Source of the DNA: Clostridia bacterium
Lineage (GTDB): Bacteria; Bacillota; Clostridia; TANB77; CAG-508
Assembly: GCA_900754285.1 (NCBI GenBank)
Contig: CAAECB010000034.1
Location: forward strand, 3,458-67,457
Length of the DNA stretch: 64,000 bases
Direction: 5' to 3'
The notes beneath the pieces were generated by a model that was given only the letters and a program-made list of their open reading frames with translations, ran no database searches and was not told the origin of the DNA. The translations under genes and the position numbers were made by a program. Below are positions 39,392 to 52,125 of the stretch, piece by piece; within the stretch, counting starts at the first letter, position 1; each line of letters begins with the position of its first letter.

Positions 39392-40150
39392 TTATTGATA
39401 ATCTACTATATCTACCCATTTTTGTAACAATTCATGTTGCTCATCATTTTTTGTTAAACGTATTGCTGCTACAATAGGAATCCATCTTTGTATCAACTGT
39501 TTATCTGCATTAGCTTTTTTACAATACATATCTAAATATTTTTCTGCTAACTCCTCTTTTCCTTCCATAGCAAATATTAAAAAAGTTCTAGCTACATCTG
39601 CCGAAGCATTTCCTTGTGTTGCATGTGCCCAATCTATTATATAATGTTCTCCGTTTTCTTTTATAATTATATTGCTTGGATTAAAATCTCCATGACATAA
39701 TTTTTCATGATTTTTCATTCCTTGTAATCTTTGCAATAATTCATATTTTACATTTTCATTTAAATTGTTTGCTGCTTCTAATCTTCTCTTATATTTATCT
39801 TTTATTCTATTTAATGATGGAACTCTTTTAGACAAAACTTCTAATTGCATATCTATAAATACACCTAAATACTCCTCTTCTTGCTCTGGATTTTGTTCCA
39901 TTAAAACATCTAATGGTGTTCCATCTACATATTCTGTTACTAATGCCCATCTATTTTCAACCTTTGTTACCTCTAGTAATTTTGAGATTTTTAAATCTGT
40001 ATTTTCTTCTACTCTTGCTTGTATTAATGCTTCATTTAAAATTGCTGCTTTTGAATAATTTTCTACAAATAATTTTATTGTCTTATTTCCATCTTTATAT
40101 ACTGTTTTCGTTTTTCTCTCAGCAATAGGTTCATTCAAATTAAAATCCAT
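39392..40150 (-). CDS. Aminoglycoside/choline-kinase-like phosphotransferase (APH family)
   Basis: HGDFNPSNIII catalytic loop and IDWAHA motif. Confidence 0.7.
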   Translation of the reverse strand: MDFNLNEPIAERKTKTVYKDGNKTIKLFVENYSKAAILNEALIQARVEENTDLKISKLLEVTKVENRWALVTEYVDGTPLDVLMEQNPEQEEEYLGVFIDMQLEVLSKRVPSLNRIKDKYKRRLEAANNLNENVKYELLQRLQGMKNHEKLCHGDFNPSNIIIKENGEHYIIDWAHATQGNASADVARTFLIFAMEGKEELAEKYLDMYCKKANADKQLIQRWIPIVAAIRLTKNDEQHELLQKWVDIVDYQ

Positions 40151-40174
40151 AATAATTTTCTCCTTTCTTACTTT

Positions 40175-42784
40175 TTATCCATAATATGCTTTCAAATACA
40201 TATCTTTAATTTCACTAATTAAAGGATAACGTGGATTACTTCCTGTACATTGATCATCAAATGCCATCTCTGACATTTCGTCTAATGTAGCTAAAAATTT
40301 TTCTTCTTCCACTCCATAATCTCTAATAGTTTTCTTAATTCCTATTTTATCTTTTAATTCATCTATTTTTCTTATAAGATTTTCTAGTTTTTCTTCATCA
40401 CTATTTCCACCTAAATTCAAGCTTTCTGCTACTTCTGCATATCTTCTTAATGTATGTGGATGATCATATTGTGGAAATGTTCCCATTTTTGTTGGAACCT
40501 CTTTTGCATTAAAACGCAATACTTCATCTAATAATAATGCATTTGCTATTCCATGTGGAATATGATGATATGCTCCCAATTTATGTGCCATTGAATGACA
40601 AACTCCCAAAAACGCATTTGCAAAAGCCATTCCTGCCATTGTTGCTGCATTAGCCATTTTTTCTCTTGCTTCTGGATCATTTGCTCCATTTTCATACGCT
40701 CTTGGTAAATATTCAAATATATTTTTTAAAGCTTCTATTGCTAATCCATCTGTATATTCTGTTGCCATCATAGATGCATATGCTTCTAATGCATGTGTTG
40801 CCGCATCTATTCCTGTTGCTGATGTTAATCCTTTAGGTGCATTCATCATCATATTTGCATCTACAATTGCCATTTTAGGCAATAATTCATAATCTGCTAT
40901 TGGATATTTGATTCCAGTTTCATCATCTGTTATAACAGCAAATGGAGTTACCTCTGAACCAGTTCCTGCTGATGTTGGTACAGCTATAAAATATGCTTTT
41001 TCTCCCATCTTTGGAAATGTATATATTCTTTTTCTTATATCCATAAATCTCATTGCCATATCCATAAAATCTAATTCTGGATGTTCATACATTACCCACA
41101 TAATTTTTGCTGCATCCATTGCAGAACCACCACCAACTGCAATTATACAGTCTGGTTTAAATGCATTTATTAATTTTGCTCCTTCTTTTGCACATGCTAA
41201 ATCTGGATCTGGTGCTACATTAAAAAATGTCTCATGTACAATTTGCATCTCATCTAACTTATCTGTTATAACTTTTGTATATCCATTTTCATATAAGAAT
41301 GTATCTGTTACTATAAATACTCTCTTTTTACCCATCACATTTTTTAATTCTTCTAAGGCTACTGGTAAACAACCTCTTTTTATATATACCTTTTCAGGTG
41401 TTCTAAACCAAAGCATATTTTCTCTCCTCTCTGCAACAGTTTTTATATTTAATAAATGTTTTATTCCTACATTTTCAGAAACTGAGTTTCCTCCCCATGT
41501 TCCACATCCTAAAGTTAATGAAGGAGCTAATTTAAAATTATACAAATCTCCTATTCCACCTTGAGATGCTGGCGTATTTATTATTACTCTACATGTTTTC
41601 ATTGTATTATAAAATTCTTCAATCTTTTCTTTTTCTGTTACAGTATTTATATATAAAGATGATGTATGACCCAATCCTCCATCTTCTATTAATTTATATG
41701 CTTTTCTAAGTGAATCTTCAAAATTTTGTGATTTATACATAGCTAAAACTGGTGACAATTTCTCATGTGCAAATTCTTCTGATATATCAACACTATCTAC
41801 TTCACCTATTAAAATCTTTGTATCACCAGGTACATAAATATCTGCCAATTCTGCTATTTTCCATGCTGGTTGTCCAACAATTTTAGCATTTAAAGCCCCA
41901 TTTATTATTATAGTTTTTCTAACTTTTTCTAATTCTTCACCATTTAAAATATGGCAACCTCTTCTTATAAATTCTGATTTTACTTGCTCATAAATTTCTT
42001 GATCTACTATTACAGATTGTTCTGAAGCACAAATCATCCCATTATCAAATGTTTTAGAATGTATTATTGAATTTACCGCTAAAACTATATCAGCACTTTT
42101 ATCAATCACTGCTGGAGTATTTCCAGGTCCAACACCTAAAGCTGGCTTTCCACTTGAATAAGCAGCTTTTACCATACCAGGTCCTCCTGTAGCCAAAATG
42201 ATATCTGATGACTGCATTAGTAAATTACTTAATTCTAGTGATGGAACATCTATCCATGCAATTATTCCCTCTGGTGCGCCTGCTTCAACTGCCGCTGCTA
42301 ACACTATTTTTGCAGCCTTTATTGTACATTCTTTTGCCCTAGGATGTGGACTAATTATTATTCCATTTCTAGTTTTTAAAGCTAATAATGTTTTAAAAAT
42401 TGCCGTTGATGTCGGATTTGTAGTTGGTATAACTGCTGCTATAACACCAACTGGTTCAGCAATCTTTTTGATTCCATAATTTTCATCTTGTTCTATTACT
42501 CCACAAGTTTTTTCATATTTATATTTATTATACACATATTCTGCTGCATAATGATTTTTTATTACTTTATCTTCTAACACTCCCATGCCAGTTTCTTCAA
42601 CTGCCATTTTAGCTAATAGTATCCTCATTTCATTTGCTTTTATTGCTGCCTTTTGAAATATTTTATTTACTCGTTCTTGACTAAATTTAGCATACTCTTT
42701 TTGGGCATTTCTCACTTTTTCAAGCACCTTTTGTAATTTTTCTACACTGTCCACTTTTGATTCTTCTAAATTCATTTTATCCAT
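40175..42784 (-). CDS. adhE: Bifunctional acetaldehyde-CoA/alcohol dehydrogenase
   Basis: 869 aa with an N-terminal ALDH domain and a C-terminal iron-containing ADH domain (GGGSAMDAAK). Confidence 0.9.
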   Translation of the reverse strand: MDKMNLEESKVDSVEKLQKVLEKVRNAQKEYAKFSQERVNKIFQKAAIKANEMRILLAKMAVEETGMGVLEDKVIKNHYAAEYVYNKYKYEKTCGVIEQDENYGIKKIAEPVGVIAAVIPTTNPTSTAIFKTLLALKTRNGIIISPHPRAKECTIKAAKIVLAAAVEAGAPEGIIAWIDVPSLELSNLLMQSSDIILATGGPGMVKAAYSSGKPALGVGPGNTPAVIDKSADIVLAVNSIIHSKTFDNGMICASEQSVIVDQEIYEQVKSEFIRRGCHILNGEELEKVRKTIIINGALNAKIVGQPAWKIAELADIYVPGDTKILIGEVDSVDISEEFAHEKLSPVLAMYKSQNFEDSLRKAYKLIEDGGLGHTSSLYINTVTEKEKIEEFYNTMKTCRVIINTPASQGGIGDLYNFKLAPSLTLGCGTWGGNSVSENVGIKHLLNIKTVAERRENMLWFRTPEKVYIKRGCLPVALEELKNVMGKKRVFIVTDTFLYENGYTKVITDKLDEMQIVHETFFNVAPDPDLACAKEGAKLINAFKPDCIIAVGGGSAMDAAKIMWVMYEHPELDFMDMAMRFMDIRKRIYTFPKMGEKAYFIAVPTSAGTGSEVTPFAVITDDETGIKYPIADYELLPKMAIVDANMMMNAPKGLTSATGIDAATHALEAYASMMATEYTDGLAIEALKNIFEYLPRAYENGANDPEAREKMANAATMAGMAFANAFLGVCHSMAHKLGAYHHIPHGIANALLLDEVLRFNAKEVPTKMGTFPQYDHPHTLRRYAEVAESLNLGGNSDEEKLENLIRKIDELKDKIGIKKTIRDYGVEEEKFLATLDEMSEMAFDDQCTGSNPRYPLISEIKDMYLKAYYG

Positions 42785-42804
42785 CCTTTCTCATTTTCAC
42801 ATAA

Positions 42805-43905
42805 TCAGAATTCATTTATTTCATATTTTCCTGTTTTTTCATTTAATTCTAAAACAACCTTAGATGACAAGCAAACAACTGGTCTAAATGCTACAGTTTT
42901 ACCATCATAATAATGATGACGAACTCTACCATAATAATATACAGCCATAATATTTTCGTTATGTACTGCAGATGGTGATGAAACCCAATAAGCATATGCT
43001 TTTTGATGTTGTGGATCATCTGCTACATATAATCTATTTGTATCTGTTGCAAAACTATCTGTCCATTTTTGCCAAGTTGTACCTCCATCTACACTTAATA
43101 AATATCCTGCATATCCACTTCCAGTTGCACCTTCACTATTCACATCAGTATTTTCTCCAGTTACAGTATATTTTAACTTATCTTTTACCTTTGGATGTGT
43201 TTGAATATAACTTTCATACAACATTTCTAAAGTTGGACCCCCTATTGCATAATTAGCATATCCTTTATTATCTTTATATATTTTCCATGCCTCTATATCT
43301 TGCATATATGCCACAACCTTATTATTACTATATTTCTTTTTTGCATTTGGTACTATTCCGTCAGGAAACATCTCAAAATACTTCTTATTCATGTTTTTCA
43401 AACTTTTTTCATAAATATTATTTGATAATATTCTATCCATTCCACTATATGAATTTACTACTTGCACAAAATTTGCTTTATATTCTGCACCATATGGACA
43501 TTGTGAATCTTCTCCTATAACTTTATTAGGCAATTTATCTGTAACACTTATAGTTCCATCTTCATTTTTTTCTATTGCATATGGTAATGCTGTATTTTTT
43601 ACATAACTATTTGCTATTAAATATATATTTTCATCATCAGCATAAAATATTTGCCATTTCACATCTTTATCAGCTTGAATTTCCTTGTTTTTTGCATCTT
43701 TTACAACATAGTTAGATACTTCTTTTCCATAAGTTATTATAGCATTTTCTTTTATTTGTTTCGCATTACCTTTTTTATTATCTTCCTCTTTTTCTCCTAT
43801 TATATGATCTAATTCATTTTTCCACATTTCTAAAATATTATTTTCAATTTCTATATATTTACTCTTTGCTTCTTTTGCTTTTTTCAAAATTCCATTATCA
43901 GACAT
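42805..43905 (-). CDS. Hypothetical secreted/surface protein (366 aa). A candidate N-terminal signal/TM segment is encoded in another frame just upstream (43906..44010).
   Basis: The ORF has no hydrophobic N-terminus. The upstream overlapping frame reads MRKKLKKENAITIPALIITIILLLILARS..., which suggests a frameshift at the 5' end. Confidence 0.4.
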   Translation of the reverse strand: MSDNGILKKAKEAKSKYIEIENNILEMWKNELDHIIGEKEEDNKKGNAKQIKENAIITYGKEVSNYVVKDAKNKEIQADKDVKWQIFYADDENIYLIANSYVKNTALPYAIEKNEDGTISVTDKLPNKVIGEDSQCPYGAEYKANFVQVVNSYSGMDRILSNNIYEKSLKNMNKKYFEMFPDGIVPNAKKKYSNNKVVAYMQDIEAWKIYKDNKGYANYAIGGPTLEMLYESYIQTHPKVKDKLKYTVTGENTDVNSEGATGSGYAGYLLSVDGGTTWQKWTDSFATDTNRLYVADDPQHQKAYAYWVSSPSAVHNENIMAVYYYGRVRHHYYDGKTVAFRPVVCLSSKVVLELNEKTGKYEINEF

Positions 43906-44022
43906 AAGTCCATCTATTGATACTCCGAGCTAATATTAATAATAAAATAATTGTTATTATTAATGCAGGTATAGTAATAGCATTTTCTTTTTTTAATTTT
44001 TTTCTCATAGTCACTCCTGAAA

Positions 44023-44295
44023 TTATTTTTCTTCATATACTCCAACTTTATACTCTACATCTTCCATATCAGGAAACATCTCCCTAACCCTCTTCAAAGT
44101 CAACATAGACATTCTAGGTTGAGCATTTTTAGAATTGTTAGACAGCAACTTCTGAGTATAACAATTTTGAGCTGTTTTAAACAACAAATATCTATTTCTA
44201 ACATAAGTATAATGAATTTCATATCCATTATTCAAATCTTCCCACATCATTTCAAATGTATAATTTTTATCCATATCTACATTCAATCCCTTCAA
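44023..44295 (-). CDS. Hypothetical protein (90 aa)
   Basis: ORF only. Confidence 0.3.
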   Translation of the reverse strand: MKGLNVDMDKNYTFEMMWEDLNNGYEIHYTYVRNRYLLFKTAQNCYTQKLLSNNSKNAQPRMSMLTLKRVREMFPDMEDVEYKVGVYEEK

Positions 44296-44298
44296 TAA

Positions 44299-45108
44299 CT
44301 ATACTATAATATCTGTATCCAATGAAATAGGTTGTTCTTGTTCATTTTCACTAGAATATTCTTGTTTTTTCAAAAATTCAACAGAATTCTGTCTCTGCTT
44401 TTCTAAACTTGGAACACCGACATGCAAAGATTCTATAAAATCTTTTTCGCCGTTATTTTCGTTCTCTTCTTTAGTAATTGTACTCTGTTGAAATGCATCA
44501 TATTTTTCTAAAACTTTATCCAACAAGTTTTTATCAGATTGTTCCAAGCACTCAAATATCTCCTGTTCTTCCTTAGAAGATTGAATTTTAGCAATTAATT
44601 GTTTAATCTCAATTATTTGAGAATAAATAGTCTCATCTGAATAACCTCTCTGTTCCAACATATTTGATGCTCTACTAGAAACATCTCTAATATAATCAGA
44701 AAAATTTCCTATTATTTTATCTGTTATTGTAACATTTTTTCCAGTCACAATTTGATGAAATTCATCAATATCTTTTTGTTTATTATCTGATATTCCTTCT
44801 TCAATACTTTGTTCCATTTTTCTACATTTATGAATTATTTCACTAGCAATGTCATCTTTTTTATCATCTTGTAATTTTCCCAACATATTTTCAACATAAG
44901 TAAAGTTCAAATCTATATACTCAAAAACATTTTCAGGATTAGAATTATATCTAGCAACTATATCTTTAAGAACATTACAATAACTCTGTAATTTTTGTTT
45001 TATCTCCTCTGGCATTTCTGAAAATTCTATTAAACTTAATATATCTTTTTTCATATCTTCTAATAAATTAATTTTATTCATATAATCTTTCTTCCTTTCA
45101 AAAAACAT
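44299..45108 (-). CDS. Hypothetical acidic protein (269 aa)
   Basis: ORF only. There is a 3-nt gap to the downstream ORF. Confidence 0.35.
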   Translation of the reverse strand: MFFERKKDYMNKINLLEDMKKDILSLIEFSEMPEEIKQKLQSYCNVLKDIVARYNSNPENVFEYIDLNFTYVENMLGKLQDDKKDDIASEIIHKCRKMEQSIEEGISDNKQKDIDEFHQIVTGKNVTITDKIIGNFSDYIRDVSSRASNMLEQRGYSDETIYSQIIEIKQLIAKIQSSKEEQEIFECLEQSDKNLLDKVLEKYDAFQQSTITKEENENNGEKDFIESLHVGVPSLEKQRQNSVEFLKKQEYSSENEQEQPISLDTDIIV

Positions 45109-45246
45109 AACATTATATAATATTACTCATTAAATATCATTTAAGAACAAAAGCGGAAATTAATAACATTAACACTTGTTTAGGACATTTTCAGGTCTGT
45201 ATTTTTGTTTGCATATAAAATTTGCTTTGCAAATTTCTGTACATTA

Positions 45247-47262
<2,016 letters not shown>

Positions 47263-47453
47263 TTATTTATACTTATTTTCCTTTTTAGTATACCCATATT
47301 CTACTATATATAAAAAAAAATAGCAATGATTATCACATTATTTTTTTCGACATTTTTTGCTGTTTGTATCTCTAGTGGATACCAATATTTTCCATAATTG
47401 TTTAAAATATATGGTATATGAATAATCTATAGATTAAAAAGGAGATTTGTTAA

Positions 47454-47729
47454 ATGTATCAATGTACAAAATATAATAATCAATTAAATGTAACAGGAAA
47501 AAAAATTAAAGAATTACGTGTAAAAAACAACCTTTCATTATCTGGTTTATCAACAAAATTAGCATTAATGGGAATCGACATTTCTAAACCTTCACTTCAT
47601 AAACTAGAAACTGGTCATCGTATCTTAAAAGATTACGAATTATTTGGTATATCTATGGTATTTAAAGTTCCTATAGAAGATTTTATTTCAGATTTTATGG
47701 ATAATTTAAAAAAAGAAAATATTGTCTAA
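47454..47729 (+). CDS. XRE-family helix-turn-helix transcriptional regulator
   Basis: IKELRVKNNLSLSGLSTKLALMGIDISKPSLHKLETG is an HTH_XRE pattern. Confidence 0.6.
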   Translation: MYQCTKYNNQLNVTGKKIKELRVKNNLSLSGLSTKLALMGIDISKPSLHKLETGHRILKDYELFGISMVFKVPIEDFISDFMDNLKKENIV

Positions 47730-47756
47730 CTAGGAAGTTCAGAAAACTTTTCTAAA

Positions 47757-47812
47757 AAAATTAAAGGGTAGTATTAAGAATTTACTAATTCTTAATACTA
47801 CCCTTTAATTTT
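47757..47812. terminator. Long perfect palindrome (AAATTAAAGGGTAGTATTAAGAATT..AATTCTTAATACTACCCTTTAATTT) acting as a bidirectional terminator between convergent genes
   Basis: About 25-bp arms flanked by A-run and T-run. Confidence 0.65.
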
Positions 47813-47813
47813 T

Positions 47814-48521
47814 TTAATCATCTTGTCTTGCTAAGATTATCAATCTTCTATCATTACTTGCATCTGTACAAGTTGACAATGTAAGTTCTGCTTTTCCATT
47901 TGTTTCTCTTTGATAAAAAGATGTATCTTGGTCATTTGTTTCAAATTTATTATAAATTGTATATGAAATTCTAGTTCCTCTATAATCTTTTACATTAATT
48001 TTATCTCCAACTTTTAATTTTTTATTGTTTGAGAAAAATGCACCATTACGATAATTATGCCCTATTATTACTGTATTTCCAGGTTGATTTATTGATTCAC
48101 CACCTGATGGATATAGAACTGCTACAGAATTTTCTATAGCTGATTTACTTACAGAATCAATTATTGGATATGAGAAATTAATTGCTGGTATTTCCATTGT
48201 TCCAACTGTTGTAAATCCTTTAAAATTACCTTTTGTTGCAGTCTTTGTTGTTGAAGAACCATTGCTTGTTGAATTAAGTGAACTTGCTATTTCATTTATC
48301 TTATCTCCAGCTGAATTTGTATCTTCTTGTTGTTCGTCTCCATCACTTGAAGAAGTTCCTTCATTATAATTATCAACAAACTCAGATGCTTCTTTTACTT
48401 TTTTATTTTTATCATAAACTTGATATCCTAAAAATCCTAATAATCCTACAATAGCTATAACTACAATAACTAAAATAACAGTTAAAGTTTTACCGTATTT
48501 ACTATCAAACATAACTATCAC
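47814..48521 (-). CDS. Sortase-family transpeptidase (TLxTC active site)
   Basis: N-terminal TM, His in VIIGHNY, and catalytic Cys in ELTLSTCTD. Confidence 0.7.
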   Translation of the reverse strand: MIVMFDSKYGKTLTVILVIVVIAIVGLLGFLGYQVYDKNKKVKEASEFVDNYNEGTSSSDGDEQQEDTNSAGDKINEIASSLNSTSNGSSTTKTATKGNFKGFTTVGTMEIPAINFSYPIIDSVSKSAIENSVAVLYPSGGESINQPGNTVIIGHNYRNGAFFSNNKKLKVGDKINVKDYRGTRISYTIYNKFETNDQDTSFYQRETNGKAELTLSTCTDASNDRRLIILARQDD

Positions 48522-48618
48522 ATTCCTTTCTCAGGCATATAACCTTTGTTTATTTTTTGCATTTGTTCATAAAACTCTACTTTAATTATAACATACAAAA
48601 ATACAAGTTTCAATTAAT

Positions 48619-48972
48619 TTATATAATTTTTTCACCTAGTTTTTTTCCTGCTAATACATGGAAATGCAAATGAGCTACTTCTTGTCCACCATTTTCTCCA
48701 CAATTATTTATTACTCTATAACCCTCTTCTGCAAAGCCTTGTTCTTTAGCAATATTTTTTATAGTAAACATTATTTTACTAATTAAATTTTCATCTACAC
48801 TTTCTATTTCATTTAATGATTTAATATGTTTTTTAGGTATTACTAAAATATGAATTGGAGCTGCTGGTTGAATATCTCTAAAAGCTAAAACATCATCATC
48901 TTCATATACCTTATTTGAAGGAATTTCTCCTTTAACAATTTTACAAAAAACACAATCTTCCATATTAAACAA
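48619..48972 (-). CDS. HIT-family (histidine triad) hydrolase
   Basis: HLHFHVL histidine-triad motif, at 117 aa. Confidence 0.85.
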   Translation of the reverse strand: MFNMEDCVFCKIVKGEIPSNKVYEDDDVLAFRDIQPAAPIHILVIPKKHIKSLNEIESVDENLISKIMFTIKNIAKEQGFAEEGYRVINNCGENGGQEVAHLHFHVLAGKKLGEKII

Positions 48973-48992
48973 TTCCTTTCCACAGCAATATT

Positions 48993-50753
48993 TTATTCTT
49001 TTATCAAAACTGCCTTGATTCTACGAATACCAGAAGAACTAGACTCTTCTTTTTTAATTTTGAATCTTCCCATATCGCCTGTATGTGTTACATGAGGTCC
49101 ACCACAAATTTCTTTGCTAAAGTCACCTATTGTATAAACCTTTACTTTATCACCATATTTATCTGTAAATAACCCTATTGCACCAGATTTTTTAGCATCT
49201 TCATAACTCATTTCTTCACAAGTTACTGGCAAATCTCTTTTAATTTGTTCATTAACCAAATCTTCCACTTGTTGTATTTCTTCTTTAGTCATTTTTTGAG
49301 GATGTGTAAAGTCAAAACGTAATCTCTCCTCTGTAATATTTGAACCACTTTGTTTTACATGCTCACCCAAAACAGTTCTTAATGCTTGATGTAATAAATG
49401 AGTTGCTGTATGATATGCTATTGTTTTTTCATTTTGATCTGCTAATCCACCTTTAAATTTTTGTTCTGAACCTAATCTTGATTTTTCTTGATGTTCCTTA
49501 AATAATTTATTAAATTCCTCTAAATCAATTTCTATATTATTTTCTTTAGCTAGTTCTTGTGTCATTTCTGGTGGAAAACCATAGGTATCATATAAACGAA
49601 AAACAATTTTTCCATCTATTTTATTATTACCATTTTGCTTAGCATAATTCATAGCTTTAGCAAATTCTTTTTCTCCATGTGATAATGTTTTTACAAATTT
49701 ATCTTTTTCTTCTAATATTACATTTTTAATTGTTTCTCTATTCTTTTCTAAATCTGGATACATTTCCTTTAAATTGTCAACATTTATATCTATTAATGTT
49801 GATAACTCGTCCAAATTAATTTCAAGTTTATTCATATGGCGAATCATTCTTCTAATTAATCTTCTTAAAACATATCCTCTATCAATATTGCTTGGTCTAC
49901 CGCCATCACAAATAATCATCATACTAGAGCGTAAATGTTCTGCAATAATTCTTCTACTTTCTATAATATCTTTTTGTTGTAATTCTTCTAATTTTTGCAT
50001 AATTGGAGCAAATATTTCTGTGTCAAAAGGAGTTTCTTTTCCTTGTAATAACATTGTCATTCTTTCCAAACCTAAACCTGTATCAACATTTTTTTGTTCT
50101 AGTTTTGAATAATTACCTTTGCTATCTTTAAAATATTCCATAAAAACATTATTCCATATTTCTACATATTTTCCACAATCACATGATGGTTGGCAATCAT
50201 CTGAACATGCTGGTTTGCCTGTATCATAAAACATTTCTGTGTCAGGTCCACATGGTCCTTCTTCTCCTGCTATCCACCAGTTATCATCTTTTCCATAGAA
50301 ATATATATGGTCTTTTGCTATTCCTGCTTTTTCCCAACATGATGCTGATATTTCATCTCTTGAACAATCTTCATCTCCTGCAAAACATGTAACAGATAAT
50401 TTTTCTACTGGTATTCCTAATTCTTTAGTTAAAAATTCAAAACTCATTTGTATAGATTCCTCTTTAAAATAGTCTCCTAATGACCAGTTTCCTAACATTT
50501 CAAAATATGTCAAATGACGATTGTCTCCTACTTCGTCTATGTCATTTGTTCTTACACATTTTTGATAATCTGTTAGTCTTGTTCCTGCTGGATGCTTTTC
50601 CCCTAACAAATATGGTACTAATGGTTGCATTCCTGCTGTTGTGAATAATACTGATGGGTCATTTTCTGGTATTAATGGTGCTGATGGTATTACTGCATGT
50701 CCATGTTCTTTAAAAAAGTTTAAATATTTTTTTCTTATATCTATTGCTTTCAT
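48993..50753 (-). CDS. alaS: Alanine--tRNA ligase, compact form (catalytic, shortened tRNA-recognition and editing domains; no C-Ala/DHHA1-like C-terminal domain)
   Basis: FTTAGMQPLVPYLLG and FEMLGNWSLGDYFK class-II motifs. Editing-domain HxxxH (HTATHLLH) and CGGPHV are present. The protein ends about 20 aa after the editing core at 586 aa, against about 870 aa typical. Confidence 0.7.
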   Translation of the reverse strand: MKAIDIRKKYLNFFKEHGHAVIPSAPLIPENDPSVLFTTAGMQPLVPYLLGEKHPAGTRLTDYQKCVRTNDIDEVGDNRHLTYFEMLGNWSLGDYFKEESIQMSFEFLTKELGIPVEKLSVTCFAGDEDCSRDEISASCWEKAGIAKDHIYFYGKDDNWWIAGEEGPCGPDTEMFYDTGKPACSDDCQPSCDCGKYVEIWNNVFMEYFKDSKGNYSKLEQKNVDTGLGLERMTMLLQGKETPFDTEIFAPIMQKLEELQQKDIIESRRIIAEHLRSSMMIICDGGRPSNIDRGYVLRRLIRRMIRHMNKLEINLDELSTLIDINVDNLKEMYPDLEKNRETIKNVILEEKDKFVKTLSHGEKEFAKAMNYAKQNGNNKIDGKIVFRLYDTYGFPPEMTQELAKENNIEIDLEEFNKLFKEHQEKSRLGSEQKFKGGLADQNEKTIAYHTATHLLHQALRTVLGEHVKQSGSNITEERLRFDFTHPQKMTKEEIQQVEDLVNEQIKRDLPVTCEEMSYEDAKKSGAIGLFTDKYGDKVKVYTIGDFSKEICGGPHVTHTGDMGRFKIKKEESSSSGIRRIKAVLIKE

Positions 50754-50929
50754 TTATTTTTCTTCCTTTCTTTTTTGCTCTCTTAAAATTTTCTTTTTCA
50801 ATTATACTCTAAAAAGTCTGTATTTGTCAATGATTTTGAAAAGTTAAAAATACTTAATCAGAAACATTACTACATGTTTTTCTAACTAAGTATTTTGTAT
50901 TATATATTTATTTAGTTTCATATTTTAAC

Positions 50930-50962
50930 TGATGTTTTTTGAGTCCGTCCCCAAAAACATCA
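50930..50962. repeat. Hairpin-repeat family copy 4 (stem TGATGTTTTT/AAAAACATCA, loop TGAGTCCGTCCCC)
   Basis: Perfect 10-bp stem around the conserved loop. It abuts the gap stop codon. Confidence 0.8.
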
Positions 50963-50965
50963 ACA

Positions 50966-51973
<1,008 letters not shown>

Positions 51974-52125
51974 TTAAAATTCCTCCTTTTATAGATAAAA
52001 CTATCGTTTTTCTATTTTTAGTATTTCCCATTTCTTTTAAACAATACTCTTTATTTTTGTATTGTTCTATTACTTTGGTCATTCATATTTTATACCAATA
52101 ATATTTAAAATTCAAGTATTTTTTA

